DNA of 64,000 bases from Balanoglossus misakiensis (taxonomy: Eukaryota; Animalia; Hemichordata), in the NCBI GenBank assembly GCA_040954595.2, contig CM082595.2, positions 5,730,137-5,794,136 of the forward strand. The letters run 5' to 3'. The notes beneath the pieces are model-generated. The model searched no databases and was not told the origin of the DNA. It saw nothing but the letters and a program-made list of their open reading frames with translations. This document shows, piece by piece, positions 1 through 14,435 of this stretch; position 1 is the stretch's first letter; every line of letters starts with the position of its first letter. Both the position numbers and the translations under genes were made by a program.

Positions 1-1144
1 GAGTCCAATGCATGACTTCCCCATTCTTTGAGTCAATGTACTTTGTAAATTTATACAAAAAGTAAACGAGTTGTCATTTTATATATAATTAAACATAATT
101 ATTTGTAGTCTCGTAGTGGTCTAACATGGTCAACGCTTCTGCATGGGTCAAAGGTCGCGCTAAGAGCCATCCACTGACTTCACCAGCTGGCATGCTTGTG
201 TTTCGTGTCTTCCTGGGGATAAGGGCTATTTTAGAACCGAGTGGAAGTGTGCCGTTCCGTGGATCTGGCCAGTTATCCAGCAGTGTCTGGAAATGAAATC
301 CCCTGGAATTATTTTCATAAGTGATACAATCGCCATTTTCCTGGCTGTGTGAGATTTTTATTATCCCTGCCAATCACTGACGTCCCGGTGTGTCCCTGCT
401 CTGAGTGTTCACCTTGTTTTTTTCTTTCCTGTTTTATTTCAGAGAAGTGATTTTTCGTGAGCGGCTACTACATGTACATGTATACATAAAGTCATTGTGA
501 TTCTTAAAAAATAAAACCCAAAAGAATATATCTGGAGAATGAATCTGAAAACTTGGCAGGTCATCATGTGTGCAATATACATTGTAACCACAGCAGAAGT
601 CTACACAAAACACAGAACTATCATTTCACATCTGCTCTATCTATGTAATATGGTATTACGGATAAACTGGGCCGAAATAACCCATTGCTAAAAACAGCGG
701 TCTGGCCAGCTCTGCATGGGTCACAGGTCAGATCCATCACACATATGGAACAAATGAATTTTTCCAGGATTCATGTCTTGTTTTTCGTTATGGCCGTCTG
801 GACGTCAGATTTGGATGTAATTTATTAAACTTAACAAGCGGCATTTCGGCATTTTTGAGTCATCAAGGGTTCATATAGTTTATTTTAGTGCCAGTTTATC
901 TTGTTATGACTAACGGACCGGCCATACAAAGCATTTCATATTTTCATCTTTGGTTTCTACCGAGGAAGGAAACTGGATCGTTAGAAGACAGATCGTACAA
1001 GTACCCATTCATCATGTACTCTTCATAACATTCTCAGTACTTTATACCAATATTGTAGGAATTTATGGCGTATAAATCCATAATTACAGTAGATTTCTGC
1101 ATAGAATTAGTTGTACATTAGATAATAAAAGCTGTTATATTACA

Positions 1145-1462
1145 TATTATATTATACCAGTATATTGATGGTGTAAATCACGCTATTTGATTGGTCGAGA
1201 CACGACACGTGACCGTGATATATTAGCCATATACCACAGTCATATATCATAGTTAAAGAAAATGCCTTTTAAAAATGTTTTATGCAAAGTTTCAATATAC
1301 TGGCAAAATATAATAGCAATAAAACACCCCCAGCCATGGTATACCACTCGATTTTGACCAGTTCAACTCCATATACGCACTCGCTATCGCTCGTGCGTAT
1401 ATGTCGTGAACTGGTCAAAATCTCGTGATATACCATGGCTGGGGGTGTTTTATTGCTTAAAT
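1145..1462. mobile_element. Non-autonomous element ending in a ~143 bp imperfect hairpin (1315-1457); Crypton-like architecture
   Basis: AGCAATAAAACACCCCCAGCCATGGTAT...TTTTGACCAGTTCA...ATATACGCAC loop GTGCGTATAT...TGAACTGGTCAAAA...ATACCATGGCTGGGGGTGTTTTATTGCT. Left boundary approximate; superfamily tentative. Confidence 0.6.
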
Positions 1463-4400
1463 ATTAACTTTTATTACACGAAATTACATTGTATGACATC
1501 AATTGTATATTATGAAATTGCATTTAATTACAAAGCTATTACAGTCAAACTACCCTATACTTTATACATGAATGCTGGATGTATATTACCTTTCTGTCAA
1601 TTTGTATAATTTAGCTGATGACGGTAAAATCAGTTTTGCCAGATTTGGCACCAACAAAACAAAATAAGTAAACAACAACAATAACACACCCCAAAACAAC
1701 AATGAGCAAACTATATCAGTACTAGAAATGAAGGTGTATATTTGAAATGTATGGGAAAGTATAGTATAAATTTGTATTTGTTTACTGTGGCATAAACTGC
1801 ATACATCATACATGTATGTATTTTATCACATCATATTTGCATACATGTAGAGTGCCCACCTGTCCAAGTGCTCTTTCCAACAAATGACATGTATTAGTGC
1901 CATGCACATATACTGTTGTCTTTGACACCATATCTCTGAGCGCTAGTCCCAACAGACATAGCATAATTGATTTTTCTCTGTGATAATCACGTAATAATGA
2001 AAATAATTAAACACCCACGCCATAAAATTTATAGTCCGAGTTTTATGTCCTGATAATTAGTTTCACCAGGAATGGTCAGGGTTCATCCACACAAAGACAC
2101 AATTAATCCACTTTTCAATTTTCCAGTCGTTTTCAAGTCGAGTTTGACATCAGTAACTGCCACCTTCCAGGAGCAATTGTACAGTAGCTGTGTGGACAGT
2201 TTTTTTTTTAAATGATTGACGTGTTATGAAGACCAAAGGTGGCGACATCAATTTTCCAAGGTATTCCGAGAAAACATTTCTCATTTTTTCCTGGACTTTC
2301 AAAGTTTTCCCAAGAGTGCCTTCAAACTCAAGGACTTTCTGCAGCTCACAATACTGGCAATAGCTCGCTTACACAATCACCCAAACTATCCTCTTTCTTA
2401 GAAAACTCCATAAAATAGGTCTTCCTGGCATTAATAACAGAAATGAGTTTTATGACTATCAAGAACATCCTGACATTAAAATATCCAGTTGACTGATACA
2501 CAGTGACACACTACGTTTGAAATTTCCCTCAGAGCAACTAAAACCAGTGAATTTATTTCCGACTAAAAAAAACCCCAGCTTTTCACAATGCTAGCAGTCA
2601 AACACCGTTTTCCATAAATTAGTACATATAGCACAGGGCATACATGTCCTGCTTTTTGGTTCAAGACATGCCCATCACATCTGTTCCGAAATTCAACATG
2701 CAAGAGACAGCCTGCATGTATTATTCATGCAAATTCCTCCCTAGTTTGTTAGCTTTGCTGGGAAAACACTACACCCTGCAAATTACAGATGATCTGTGTT
2801 TTCTGACGCATTTCAGATTACAAAAGACTGGCGTGACAACGTCTTTTTAAAACTAAAATCCCCTTTTTTCAACACTATGGAAAGAATCTTTTCAGAAGAC
2901 GCAAACTCGACACCTGTAATACCACTGGGAAATCAACTCTATTTTCTAGTGAAAATAATTAAGATTTTTTCTTTCTCTTTTATTTGCACTTTTTGCAGTA
3001 TGGCACGTGCACTGTACTGGTACTGTAAGAAATGTCATGAAAGGGTCGTTTCATGTAATTACAAGAAAATTACACACAAAAATTGCCTATTTAGTGATTG
3101 TAGCATTCCTATGTTTGCACGCTAATATTTAAATGCAATTATCTTTCTGCGTGACTTCTTGAAGATGTGTGTTATTGGAGTAGAAGTAAATTAAATTCTG
3201 ACAGTTTCACAATTAAATATCTCCAGCTCTGCTTGACAAACATTCTATCAGACTTATTGAGAATTATCCCCCAAAAGAATCGTGGCTATAGAAATAAAAT
3301 CCTGGTTAATCCTGGGAATTTACAAATTTAGTCTGTACTTAACTATGGTGCCACAACTCGTGAATAAATCAGACACTGGTTAAATGCATTATTCATTAAG
3401 AATGCAAAAATGGTAAAATGATTAGCTAAACCTCTGTGGTCACAGAAGTAATGGAAATGTTTTCAAAACATCAGGAAAAACACCATGATTTTGAAGAAAA
3501 TAAGTCTCCATAGCCGGTAAACTGACAATTTTACAGGTAAAAGAACATTGTGTATAAACTACCAACTATTCAAACCTGACAATTCAGAAAAGTTCAAACG
3601 TAGTTGGTGCATTGAAAGTTCCAGAAATTTCAGGACTTCCCAGAACCTTTCCAGTAATTTTATTTTCCGTAGATCAATAATTCCATTTCCCCTCAAGTGT
3701 TGTCATTATGCAGCAACTGCATAAAACAGTTCTCATAACAAGTGACATTTCTGGAAGCACATTTACCCAAGTCCCTGGATTTCGAGTGGTTCAATCAATT
3801 TTCCATTCCATTCCAGGGGTTAATTTTATTTTTCCGGGAAAATCAAGAACTTTCTAGGGGTGAATTAAAAACTTCAAAATACTTCTAGGAAGGAAATAAC
3901 CAGTTTTCAAGAACCCTCTAGGTGACTTTTCATTTTTCCAGGATTTTCTTGAAATATCCAGGGATTGTTTCAGATTATAGAAGTTTCCAGGAATGTACAA
4001 TGTGGGCTCTTATGAACTTTGCAAAAATTGTCTGCGAAAATTTCCCTGTTTACAGTAATTCTTGTACAAACCGTCTTTAAAACACTGACAGGATGGTTAA
4101 AGCGCCTAGCTCGTCTCACACGCATGTTCCAGCTGTAGCCGCTGGTTACAGACGTTTAGTGAACAATCAATCCCATAAGGCAGTGCTCTGTCCTAACAAC
4201 AGAGAAGATGGCGGCGACCATAATCTGTGTCGGAGATCGGGAAAAGACACTAGCTTGGGTGAAAAGGAGGGACAAAACCAGACTCTACTAATACGGTGCG
4301 CATGAAATATGGAAGGAAGCGAAGGCAGTCCACTATTAGAATGCCTTTAATGGAAAATTTGCTGGGAAGTTACGCGCATGCGCGTGAGACGATCTATTGC

Positions 4401-4760
4401 CTTTAAGTGGAAATGACGCACAGACTAAAGGATGCCTCAAGTGACTTCTGGTGTAAGCCATTATAGAAAGTAATGATAGAGTCCCTTTATAATAACGTGA
4501 CTTTGGTCAAATGATAATGAAAAGCTTTTCTGTGTACCACTTATGTCAATACATGACTCTGCTTGTATCTATGCATAAAAGCTGATTGAAGTTCTCAAAC
4601 TTCTTCTATTTACAGTTAATCAGATTAAACTTCATCATTGTGAAAGTAACATGTGCCAGTGTGCTCTCTAATCCCATATGATGCACCACTGCCTCAACAA
4701 ACTCACTGGTGACTCAAGAAAATTATCCACGATACACACGAAGGTATAGGGCTGTCACAC

Positions 4761-4862
4761 AATCTGATTAAAATCAGATGTAGGGAATGGCAACGTGTTT
4801 AGTGTGAGGCGACAGCATAAAAAACCATCTCGCCGTTCCCTACATCTGATTCTAATCAGATT
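4761..4862. repeat. Short inverted repeat (~31 bp arms)
   Basis: AATCTGATTAAAATCAGATGTAGGGAATGGC ... GCCGTTCCCTACATCTGATTCTAATCAGATT. Confidence 0.8.
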
Positions 4863-7800
4863 GGGCTGGCACAGAGAAATTTCTAGAATCCTCGAATTAA
4901 TCCCCACATCATCATGTCTGTGGTCAGACCCTACAGTTTTCAATGAAGTGGTTGGAGCCAACCAACCAGGAAATGGGGGTGAGAGGGTTAACCCCTCCGA
5001 TGCCATCAATCCACCGGCCCATCAACAATACTGCCAAAAGCAATCCACCAGCACCAATGACCGCCACGGAAAATAAACTGTAAAGATCGCCATGATCTAC
5101 CTCAAGCCATTTTTGGTATCATTCATTATACAAAAGATGATATTTGATAGTAAATGTCAGGAAACGACTAGCATGCCATTGCATCATCTGGGGAAACACA
5201 AAATTGGTCTGTACAAATTTAATTTTCTAAGTTCCTGAATTATTTATTGAGCTCATTCACTGTACATAATCCTGTAATAAATCAATGGTTCCTCTGCCTG
5301 ATATTGCAAACTCTGACAAAAACAGTGAGTTATGAATGATTAAAAATTTATAAACTGTCTGAATATTGTTTGTATGAACATAATTTGCTTGTTTAACACC
5401 ACCACACTTACAGGCCAAGGTAGATCAGATTTTCTGTTGGTTAAAGGACTTTTTTCAACTTTCAAGATTGAGTTGATATTGTCTACATCAGAAGTTCATC
5501 AAAGCTATCATTAACAAAGAATAGTGAAGTCTAACACATGCACCCGGTATTTTGATTGAAAGTAGCAATCAGACTCTGCCCTATAGAAACTTAATTATAC
5601 ATGTATACAGCAAACAAGGAAAACATAAATACATACATACATGCAAACTCGCATGATTTACAATGTACAAAAACACACACAAACAGCACACAGCCTACGG
5701 TATGCCCATGAAGCACTACAAAGGAATACAAGCAATGAAAAGAGGTCAGCCATTTCAAAAAGAGTGAGCAAATCCCACTCCATATATGAGGCATGTTTGT
5801 ACTTTAAATCAGTTGCACTATGTCCAGCTCTAATTACCGGTTATGAAAATCACCTTCATACACAGAACCAGTCCAATCATGATGATGGTATATTCATGTA
5901 CTAAACTACTATATAACGTTTACATTTCTTCCATGTTGTCATTTTCCATTAAAATCTTGACAGATCACCTGTGTTCTGTTCTTCCAACGTAAAAGCACTA
6001 TACCTGCTTTTCCACCCACAATATCTCATTAAAATCACTAGCAGCAGGATGAGCAGGTGTTATAAAGAAACAGGGTGCTATGTTGATAATTCTGGAAAAA
6101 TACCTGAATGTAAAGTTACCATAGTTACAGGGACTGTGCACAACAGAAATGAAATACAGACAGCAAAGAAATGTGATAACACTAAAACAAAGGCAGTTGT
6201 CACCAGTGCAACTGTTGCAAAGCATTCGCAAATTAGATTCGACAAAGACTGAAGCGATACACTGACAGCTATCAACACGGCGATCAATCAGGTTTTCAAA
6301 AAACACCGGCCATCCCCTATCACTGTATCAGCCCGGGCACTGCAAAGCAATCATCGGTATGTTCCAATCATTCAACAAACGGCCTTAAAAAGTCTCGTTT
6401 GTTTTTCCATTACGTAAAGTGGCGTGGCTCTCACGCGTGCAGATGCCCGGGCATATCGCCATGGCAATCAGAGAAAACCTCTCTGATCGGAGACGAAACA
6501 AACGTGCGTCCCACCGCGCTGGCGGTCGAGTGCCCAGAAATGGTGGACACACACAGTTAAATGCAAACCCTTGCGAGAATCCTCTCCAAAACAAATATAC
6601 TCAGTTTCAATGACTGCGTATTCTCTCTCTCTGTTTGTCTACATCTCTCAACGGCCAGCGATACCCGTGCAAAGCAAACATAGCAAAAACGGCAACGAGA
6701 CGGAGACACTCTCACTCGTACAAATAATTTTAAACAACGCACTTATGCAGATTCCGCTTCAAACATTTCGCAATACAGTCTTATTCCATAAGACACAGCT
6801 TTCTGCTGATCTCGAAATGCATTTCATTTACAAACAAATATGATTGATGGCTTCTAAGTTATACATATCACCGTTTTAAATTTCAGCCCGACACCACCAT
6901 CCGAGATCCAATTAATTCAATCATGACAAAGAAAACTTTCCTAGTAAGATCATTATCGCATGTCTTGGCTTATTAGTCATTTTTTATCGCTGGATAGTAC
7001 ATTTACGATTATTATCATATTTCCTGGCTAATTTTTTTTTTATCACTGTACAGTACATTTAGTTTGAAAGGCATTAGGGGCCATGCCAGGAACAGTTGCA
7101 TCTCCACAGGGAGTGATGGTGAAGAATTAGCCCGAATAATACTGAAGGAATTGCAATATCTGGCATAATTGAAATTTTAATGAGTTCGGTTTGGTATGAT
7201 TAGATTTCAATCTGTCTAACAGCATCAATCATGTGGGTAAAGGATAGCCCTGGAGCGATTTCTCAGCCCGCGTGACAACACTTTAATTCAGTGTAGGTGG
7301 TAGCTTTCTGCTGTGGTGAGCTGAAGTGACACAATGAACGTAACTTATTTGAAGTTTACACACCATATTTTCTGAATCCTTCAAAGTTTTGAAACCCTGT
7401 TCTTGCAAACCGAAACATTACCAACTGCTAACATCAGAATACAACTTTCTCAATGTGCATGGTAGGTGCACATCACTTGCACCATTTACTCGTTTAAATT
7501 TATTATTTACATACATGTGTCCACTATCGTTTACTTTCATCAAAGCTGGCAAATGCTACAAACATTCTGCTGGACCTGTGTACAATCAAAGCTACTTCAG
7601 ATAACAGCACACATCATAGGAATTTGACTTGACTTGACCAGAATCACACACATGAATGATACATGCTTAAATGCATCTCAAATCTTTAGCCGACCTTTTT
7701 GTACAATTGGTCCACTATCTGGAGCACCGTAGCCAAAAAAAATCAACATAATGCTGAATAATTCTTAAAACAGAATCAGGACTACGTTTATTTTATTTCC

Positions 7801-8319
7801 AACCATCGGAAATGCTAGGACAAGATTCATCTCCACAATATGCATTAAATATATCCTATTTTCAAATTGTCATCAATCAACACCAAGATAGTATATACTG
7901 AACTGTACTTTAATTCAGTCAACACTTTCATCAATTTAGCTTGGCGTGTGCATGCAGTCTCAGACACATTCCAAATCTGACCGCACTTACCAAATAACGT
8001 TGGATTTTCAATCATTGCTGCTGAGAAAAGCCTTCGTCCAGGCTAGGGGGGAAAAACACTTTAATTCTAATTTAATTACACGGGAACTATGCAACTGCTG
8101 TGGCTGACATCTTCTGGCAGCTATCCAAGCGTGGCTGACTTAACATCCAGGCCAACAAGACTCTAAGTTGCTCTGAGCGCAATTCGCTGATAATGCAAAG
8201 TTAGTGTATTTCCAACTGCTTCATTGAATTGTTAAATTACCACTCTGAAAGTACCGTACAGCATCTATGCTTTAATTAGGAACCCTTTGTTTTGGGCATT
8301 ATACTGTATACACTCTATG

Positions 8320-8514
8320 TTAAAGGTATACATGTAGTCACCTCCAATTTACATAGCCTATATATGGCTGTAATGGCGTATTTGAGCGTTCTAAAGAACA
8401 TATGGTGGCGCTCTTTTTTCACGTGTGCCACCCACTGAAAATCTGTGATTGGCCAGTCCTCAATTTGCCATGGTAACCATAGCTAATTTTCCATAGGTGA
8501 CCCTATACCTTTAA
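8320..8514 (+). mobile_element. MITE family A (~190 bp, TTAA-flanked, AGGTATAC termini; Kolobok-like), copy 1
   Basis: TTAA-AGGTATAC...GTCACCT ... AGGTGACCCTATACCT-TTAA; internal sequence shared with 7 other copies in the window. Confidence 0.9.
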
Positions 8515-9132
8515 GCAGAATATGGGCTTTTAACATGCCATAGAAACTGCCCCCTTAAAATTGAAAAAAAAATAGCATAAAGTTACTGCTAATATGTACT
8601 TAATAAAAGCACCATAGACCAGAACTCCAATCACCATGCAAAATCCACAGTGGAATTCAGCACAGGATGAAACAAGGTTGCGACTTTACAATCACACAGA
8701 GAACCAACTGATCTGCTTTCTAGAGAAGCAGTAATCCCACAGTATACATACAACTCGTGAGTCGTGGCCGCATTTGCATTCATTTATTGGTATGTTGGAT
8801 TGCAGGAAGGATTATTTCGCTTCAGTGGGTTACTGTTTTCGTTTCCCTATGATGTGATGAAAGTCGCGACATGCCTACACGTTAATGAATACCACTTAAT
8901 ATTAAGCCTTCGTGCAGTACCATACGTGCGTTGAAATCTATAAGCCCCCGAAACAGCGTCTCCACATATTATTTCTGAGGGTTTATTCTATGAAGCAAGG
9001 TACACCTGGTTTCATGTCACTTTGCCCCTTTTCATGTGTGTAAAGCATGCAAAGAACCTTTACACAGAACATACAATTTGTTTATCCATACACACCGGAG
9101 AAGTGCCTTTAGTGTTTATGGTTTATCTCACA

Positions 9133-9343
9133 TACTGTAAAACACTTCATTTTCGCGAGTTGAAATTTTCGCGATATCGAGAGAGGCCACTGTTTCGCGA
9201 GTATTAATTTTCGCATTCTCTTATTTCATTCACTGCATCGTTATCTTCAAAAAAAATTATGCGACTTTTTATTTTCACGCTATTTTGGCTCTTGCGCATT
9301 TCGCAAACATTTATTGCTCGCGAAAATAAAGTGTTTTACAGTA
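9133..9343 (+). mobile_element. MITE family C (TA-flanked, CTGTAAAACAC termini; Tc1/mariner-pogo-like), copy 1
   Basis: TA-CTGTAAAACACTT...TTTTCGCGAG ... CTCGCGAAAATAAAGTGTTTTACAG-TA; near-identical to 10374-10585. Confidence 0.88.
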
Positions 9344-10373
9344 GATGGCAGGTTTCCATGTACAATAGCACTTTCCTCCCATGATTCAAATTACCGTACG
9401 TTTAGTAGATTAATCTAACTTATAAAGAAATCCTATAAATTACAGTTGTTGCAATGACTTCTATTGGATAACCGATCCCTTAGGAGACACATATGATAAA
9501 ATCAGCCTTTTAGATCCATCTCTTCAAATTTCAGAGAAGTATTTAAAGGGCCAGTGGAGGTGTTCAAATTTTTTTTAAAAACTTCCTCTTTTTATAATAC
9601 GTAAAATAGACGTCTGCTCGGGGGGCTTTCTGCTCAAATTTGCATAATTAGCTTACAACGAGCAAACCTCTAAGAATTCTAGAATCGAGAACACAGACTG
9701 TTCCCACACTTCCAAAATGTCACAAATGCACTTTTTAATGTCACAGGGTCACTTTTCAAACCGTAACAAAAAGAGGTGAATACGTCCTCTTAACTTCGAA
9801 ATGAAGTTTTTGTCGGCAGGTCCACTGGGACGTCGATTATCTGGGTATAATGCAGTAAATGTGTTTCAGTAGGCCCTCTGAGGAATAACGTCGTCTGTGC
9901 AAAACACTGCCGCCTAGCATTCTTATCTCCTTTTCTTTGCTTGGCTGGTCCCCTGATGTATTAATTTCCTGCCTACTTCTGATGTTTCTTATGTCATGGC
10001 GATTGGCTTTCTATCAATTTTGATATTTTGGAAGGTAACAGTACCACGACACAACAGTTTCTTTCCCCTTGCTGAAAAGGAAGATCTAAGTTCAGACTGT
10101 TGGTGACATTTTGATTTCAATTGGATTTCAATTATTTATGACACAAACATGATACAAACTACAGTGTAGAAGAACATGCAGTTTACCAGTTAATGTATCT
10201 CTCAATGCAGACATCTCTTAGATAATCATGTACAGGAAAGGCAAATACATGTAATGTACTTCCATTTTTCCATGTGCACCGCTCTCCGAGTTTTGAAAAC
10301 TAAGCAACACTATTTCTTAGGTACATGCGCAAAGCCCTTTACAGGAAATATATGGCTGTGCAATATTATTGAA

Positions 10374-10585
10374 TACTGTAAAACACTTGATTTTCGCGAG
10401 TTGAAATTTTCGCGATATCGAGAGAGGCCACTGTTTCGCGATTATTAATTTTCGCGTTCTCTTATTTCATTCACTGCATCGTTATCTTAAAAAAAAATTA
10501 CGCAACTTTTTATTTTCACGCTATTTTGGCTCTCGCGTATTTCGCGAAAAATTTATTGCTCGCGAAAATAGAGTGTTTTACAGTA
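10374..10585 (+). mobile_element. MITE family C, copy 2
   Basis: Same TIRs and internal sequence as 9133-9343 (also visible as the shared YCKTLxFRELKFSRYRERPLFR text in two spurious ORFs). Confidence 0.88.
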
Positions 10586-11760
10586 AATTGCTGAATAAAT
10601 GTCTACAAGTGTGAAAGAAAAAAAAAATATTTGCCTTCAATTTCCGGTTTGACATTATTCCCTACATGAAATGTTGGTACATATGAACTAGTGAGTGAAA
10701 TGCAATTATTGAGGCGTTTTGATTTACGTGTCGGCCAATAAAGTTAATATATCCCCTGTGCCACTTCTAAATCACGATATGCAAACAATCTGCATGATAT
10801 AAGGTGTTACTCTCCTTGCTTATTCCCTTTGCAATCGATTCTAGGGTTCTAATGATGTTCTTTTTCGGCCAGAAAAATGGATTCTTCCAGTATTTTTTTT
10901 TTTTACAAATTTGAGAAACCAGGAATGATTTTGTCTTTTATATGGACCATCAGTCCAAAATGAAAATACATAAGTAACAGTATCATACATGACATTCATT
11001 TTGAGGACAATGATGTCCATAGATGAAATATATTCAGATTTTTGCTCGCGACCATTTCTCGCATGTGGCGATAAGTATCTGGGATCTAACATTCTTAACC
11101 CAGCAATCTCGCTAACTGGATGTTTGTCAACTCCTGGCAGCATAACTCCTGGCGACCTCTGACCCCTGCGCAAATTGCCACTGTCACTGGCAATCACGGC
11201 GACGGCCGGCAACAGAGGAAATACTCAGCTACGGTTACAGGTCAAGCAAATTTGAACTTGCGGACGGGGAAAATTGATAATGTCACAGGCAGCGGTCGCG
11301 GAGACAGTGGTATGCAGTTCACTGGCAGCGATGGTTTCTACTCTGCGGACAATGTATGAATGGAATGTCTGTCGTACAAGTGTACAGGAAGACGAATAAT
11401 GTTGTCCTGATATGAGATGTCTGAGGCATCAGACCTACGTATGGTACTCTGTCTTCTTCCAGTTGTTGTAGTTTGGCTTGGAATCGTGATTTGGAGAGTC
11501 GGGTATCTGTCCCAGGTGACTTATACTAATCCAGGACTAAATCTGCTGTACATAAAAATCCAAAGTTGTCTCCAGGGGATTACTCAATTCTGTGGGCTGC
11601 TCACACTGCATGAAATGACGAAGAGCAGGGTCTACTCACTCTTTTCACATAAAGTATGGTAACTCGCCCTTCTCATGTGGAGCAGACACTGTGATGCTAT
11701 TTTCAGTACACCTACCTGTCATCAGTTCCCGGTATCTAAAGAGGCAACTGTCATGGACGG

Positions 11761-11918
11761 ATTAATTTGCGCATTCTCGTATTTCACTAACTACATTGTA
11801 CATCGTTATCTCCGAAAAACGTATTATGCAACTTTTTATTTTCACGTTTTTTTTTTGGTTTGGCTCATGCGTATTTCGCGAAAATTTATTGCTCGCGAAA
11901 ATAACACGTTTTACAGTA
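11761..11918 (+). mobile_element. MITE family C, 5'-truncated diverged copy
   Basis: ATTAATTTGCGCATTCTC...ATTTATTGCTCGCGAAAATAACACGTTTTACAGTA matches the 3' two thirds of family C. Confidence 0.75.
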
Positions 11919-12021
11919 CAATGTAAAGATGGGAACGTGGGAACTGGCTTTCTGGACAGGATAGTCAAAGTGCCTGCGTGTTGCCGTGCAGTGCGGATTC
12001 TAAGCGCACCCCCTTATTTAC

Positions 12022-12255
12022 CTGTTGCTAGCACACGACTCCACTCGCGGGTCTCCAGGTCGAGCCGCCACATATCGTTGAACGCCGTGCTGGCCGAGGA
12101 GCAGCCTCCGAAGACGTACATGGCCCTGTCCAGGTAACAGGCGCTGTGCGAGTAGCGGGCCGTCAGTGGGGTGTCCGCTGGCTCGCCGACGCTCCACTGC
12201 AAACAGCTGGCCTGGACAGCGTGCTGGAAATTGAAGAACTTCTGTCGGATCACAC
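12022..12255 (-). CDS. FBXO42: F-box only protein 42, coding exon 2 (first Kelch repeat); further exons lie left of the window
   Basis: ttcag acceptor, phase 1 joins exon 1 in frame: GVIRQKFFNFQHAVQASCLQW...ARYSHSACYLDRAMYVFGGCSSASTAFNDMWRLDLETREWSRVLATG, gtaaat donor; matches the FBXO42 Kelch motif RFSHSAC...MYVFGGC...AFNDLWRLDL. No exon 3 (SYPSPKA...) recognised in 1-12021. Confidence 0.93.
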
Positions 12256-14400
12256 CTGAAACATAAACAGAAGTGATTAAAATCAAATTTTTGAGAGACC
12301 ATGAAATTCTTTCACAAAAATTCTCTTAGCTTCAATATGAGCAACTCTATCCTCCAGCAACAGAGATTTCCATATCAGCTTGTCATCATCAAATGACAAG
12401 AACTCTGTGGTCTCAAAAGCTGCAGCTACTAATGTCTGTGAGGTGTTGAATAATCTACATTTAGAGCTTTGAAATTATTCAACATACAACGTGTTATGAA
12501 AGGTTGGCAGGCATTCTCCCTACAGTGAAAGCAGTCTCATTGAAGAAATAGGTGCACATAATAATGCGAGTTGAACTGCTATCATACTGTTCACTGGACT
12601 TATTTCAGTGAGCTGAACAGCTATCAAAATAAATTGAACTGTACTGTTATCATCATTGGAAAACACCTTTCTCGTCACAGTTTTGAGACAAACACAACCA
12701 GTGTCAGCCTTTCGTTTCAACCTCAGTCTCGTAAAATATTCAGAAGACAGAGGCATTTGATTTATATACAGCATGTGTCTTGCACCTAATGGAACCCGCA
12801 ATGACTGCCTTTTATAATTAATTGAATAATGGATGAACCTTCTTTAGTATGGAATATGGTTTACAAGCCAGAACTACATAATGCAGTTTGAGACACCACT
12901 ATACCGTGCCTGGTATAAAATACCGGCAGTTAAAGTACTAGACATGTGATCAATAGTATTAGTAAGTATTAAGTAATGTATGCGGCACCACTAGGTCATT
13001 GTACATGCAGATTGTTGTAATAGGGTCGCCTATACAATCATTTATAGCTTGTAATTCCACTGTTAGACACACCATAATGAAATCTTCTGGGAACTGGTAC
13101 ATTTAAGAGATGCCCTTGATAACACCTGGTCAGGGTTGCATGCGATAGGATATGGCTGTCACTTCAGAATTGCTGGCGGCATACTGATTTGTCTGGCAGC
13201 CAACATTGACTTTTGACACTGTGTGCTTTATGGGGCGACTTCCCCAATATCCAGCACAATATGCTGAACTCATTCTATAAAATGCAAAACTTAAAAAAGG
13301 CTATATCAGTTGGCATGATTTTGCTCTCTAAAGGAGGTACTAGGGGTAGTTATACTGGTTATTGACTGAACAAGGTAAAAGCCTGCCATGATGAAATGCA
13401 GTATACATAAAACTAACCATGTATATTTGTGATGTCGAGTAAATTACATTCAAAATTGTTTTATGAGTTGGTTTTAATATTGAATCTGCACCCTAAAAAA
13501 GAAAAAAAAAGAAAAATCAGACTATCTTTCAAATTTAATGCTTGTGCGAGTTTCATGGAAATTGTAAACGTTGAGATACACAGTAACCTTGTAAAATGCT
13601 GAATACCTTCACCATTTGTATTACAGGTTTTGTCTTAATGAACTGAAAGACAACTTTTTGGGGGCTGTAAAATATTGTGGCACACAGAAGTCAACTGACC
13701 AAAACCGTTGAAACTTGTTAACCAGATGGCACTTCTTACTGGACAGGATCAAAGCATGTCCATCCACACATTACCTGAACACTGTAACCAAAGTGCATTT
13801 TTGTGGCACATGTTAAGTGAGATAATGAACATCACGCACTTACGAAACCTTGCATACGTTGCACGTGGCAACCCATGATATCCAATGTCAATGTTAACTG
13901 AACTAATGGGTATCATTGTTAATGGATTGAATGGGGGCAGTTTTCTGAATTATGGTAGACCTGTGGTACACACAGGAAACCACCAACACCATAAAAAATT
14001 GCCCACTGAATAACTCCCTGTATTATTAGAACAGAACTTTAAACATTTCAAAATGACAGGACCATATTTTACTTCTCTATACATCACTGTCATTGACATC
14101 AAAGCCGTCAAATATATGTAGCTGGCCATATGGTTTCTAAAGACTCAAAACCCCATAAAACGCAGTGATTCCAATGATTTACAACAGAATCAATAACAAT
14201 TTAGCTGGCATTAGCTGGAAGGACAGCAATATTAATCAAAATTATTATTTCATTAAAAGCCTTCATGTTTAGAGGACATACGTTTCTGCATAATTTACCA
14301 ACGTATTGACATTTTTATTGCGGCAAATTTGTTTTGCCAGAAAAACTGGTTTCTCTTACTATGATTGCTTGTGATATACTTCAGTAGAGGTTTTTGTTGC

Positions 14401-14435
14401 CTGTACTGTACTGTACTGTACTGTACTGTACTGTA
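14401..14435. repeat. (CTGTA)7 microsatellite
   Basis: Directly visible. Confidence 0.95.

Noticed and set aside
89-373. 94-aa minus-strand ORF as FBXO42 exon 3 or a nested gene
   Set aside because: No Kelch motif, non-ATG start, no polypyrimidine tract or acceptor on that strand.
9022-10448. Two ORFs sharing YCKTLxFRELKFSRYRERPLFR as a duplicated small gene
   Set aside because: The shared text is the translation of MITE family C.
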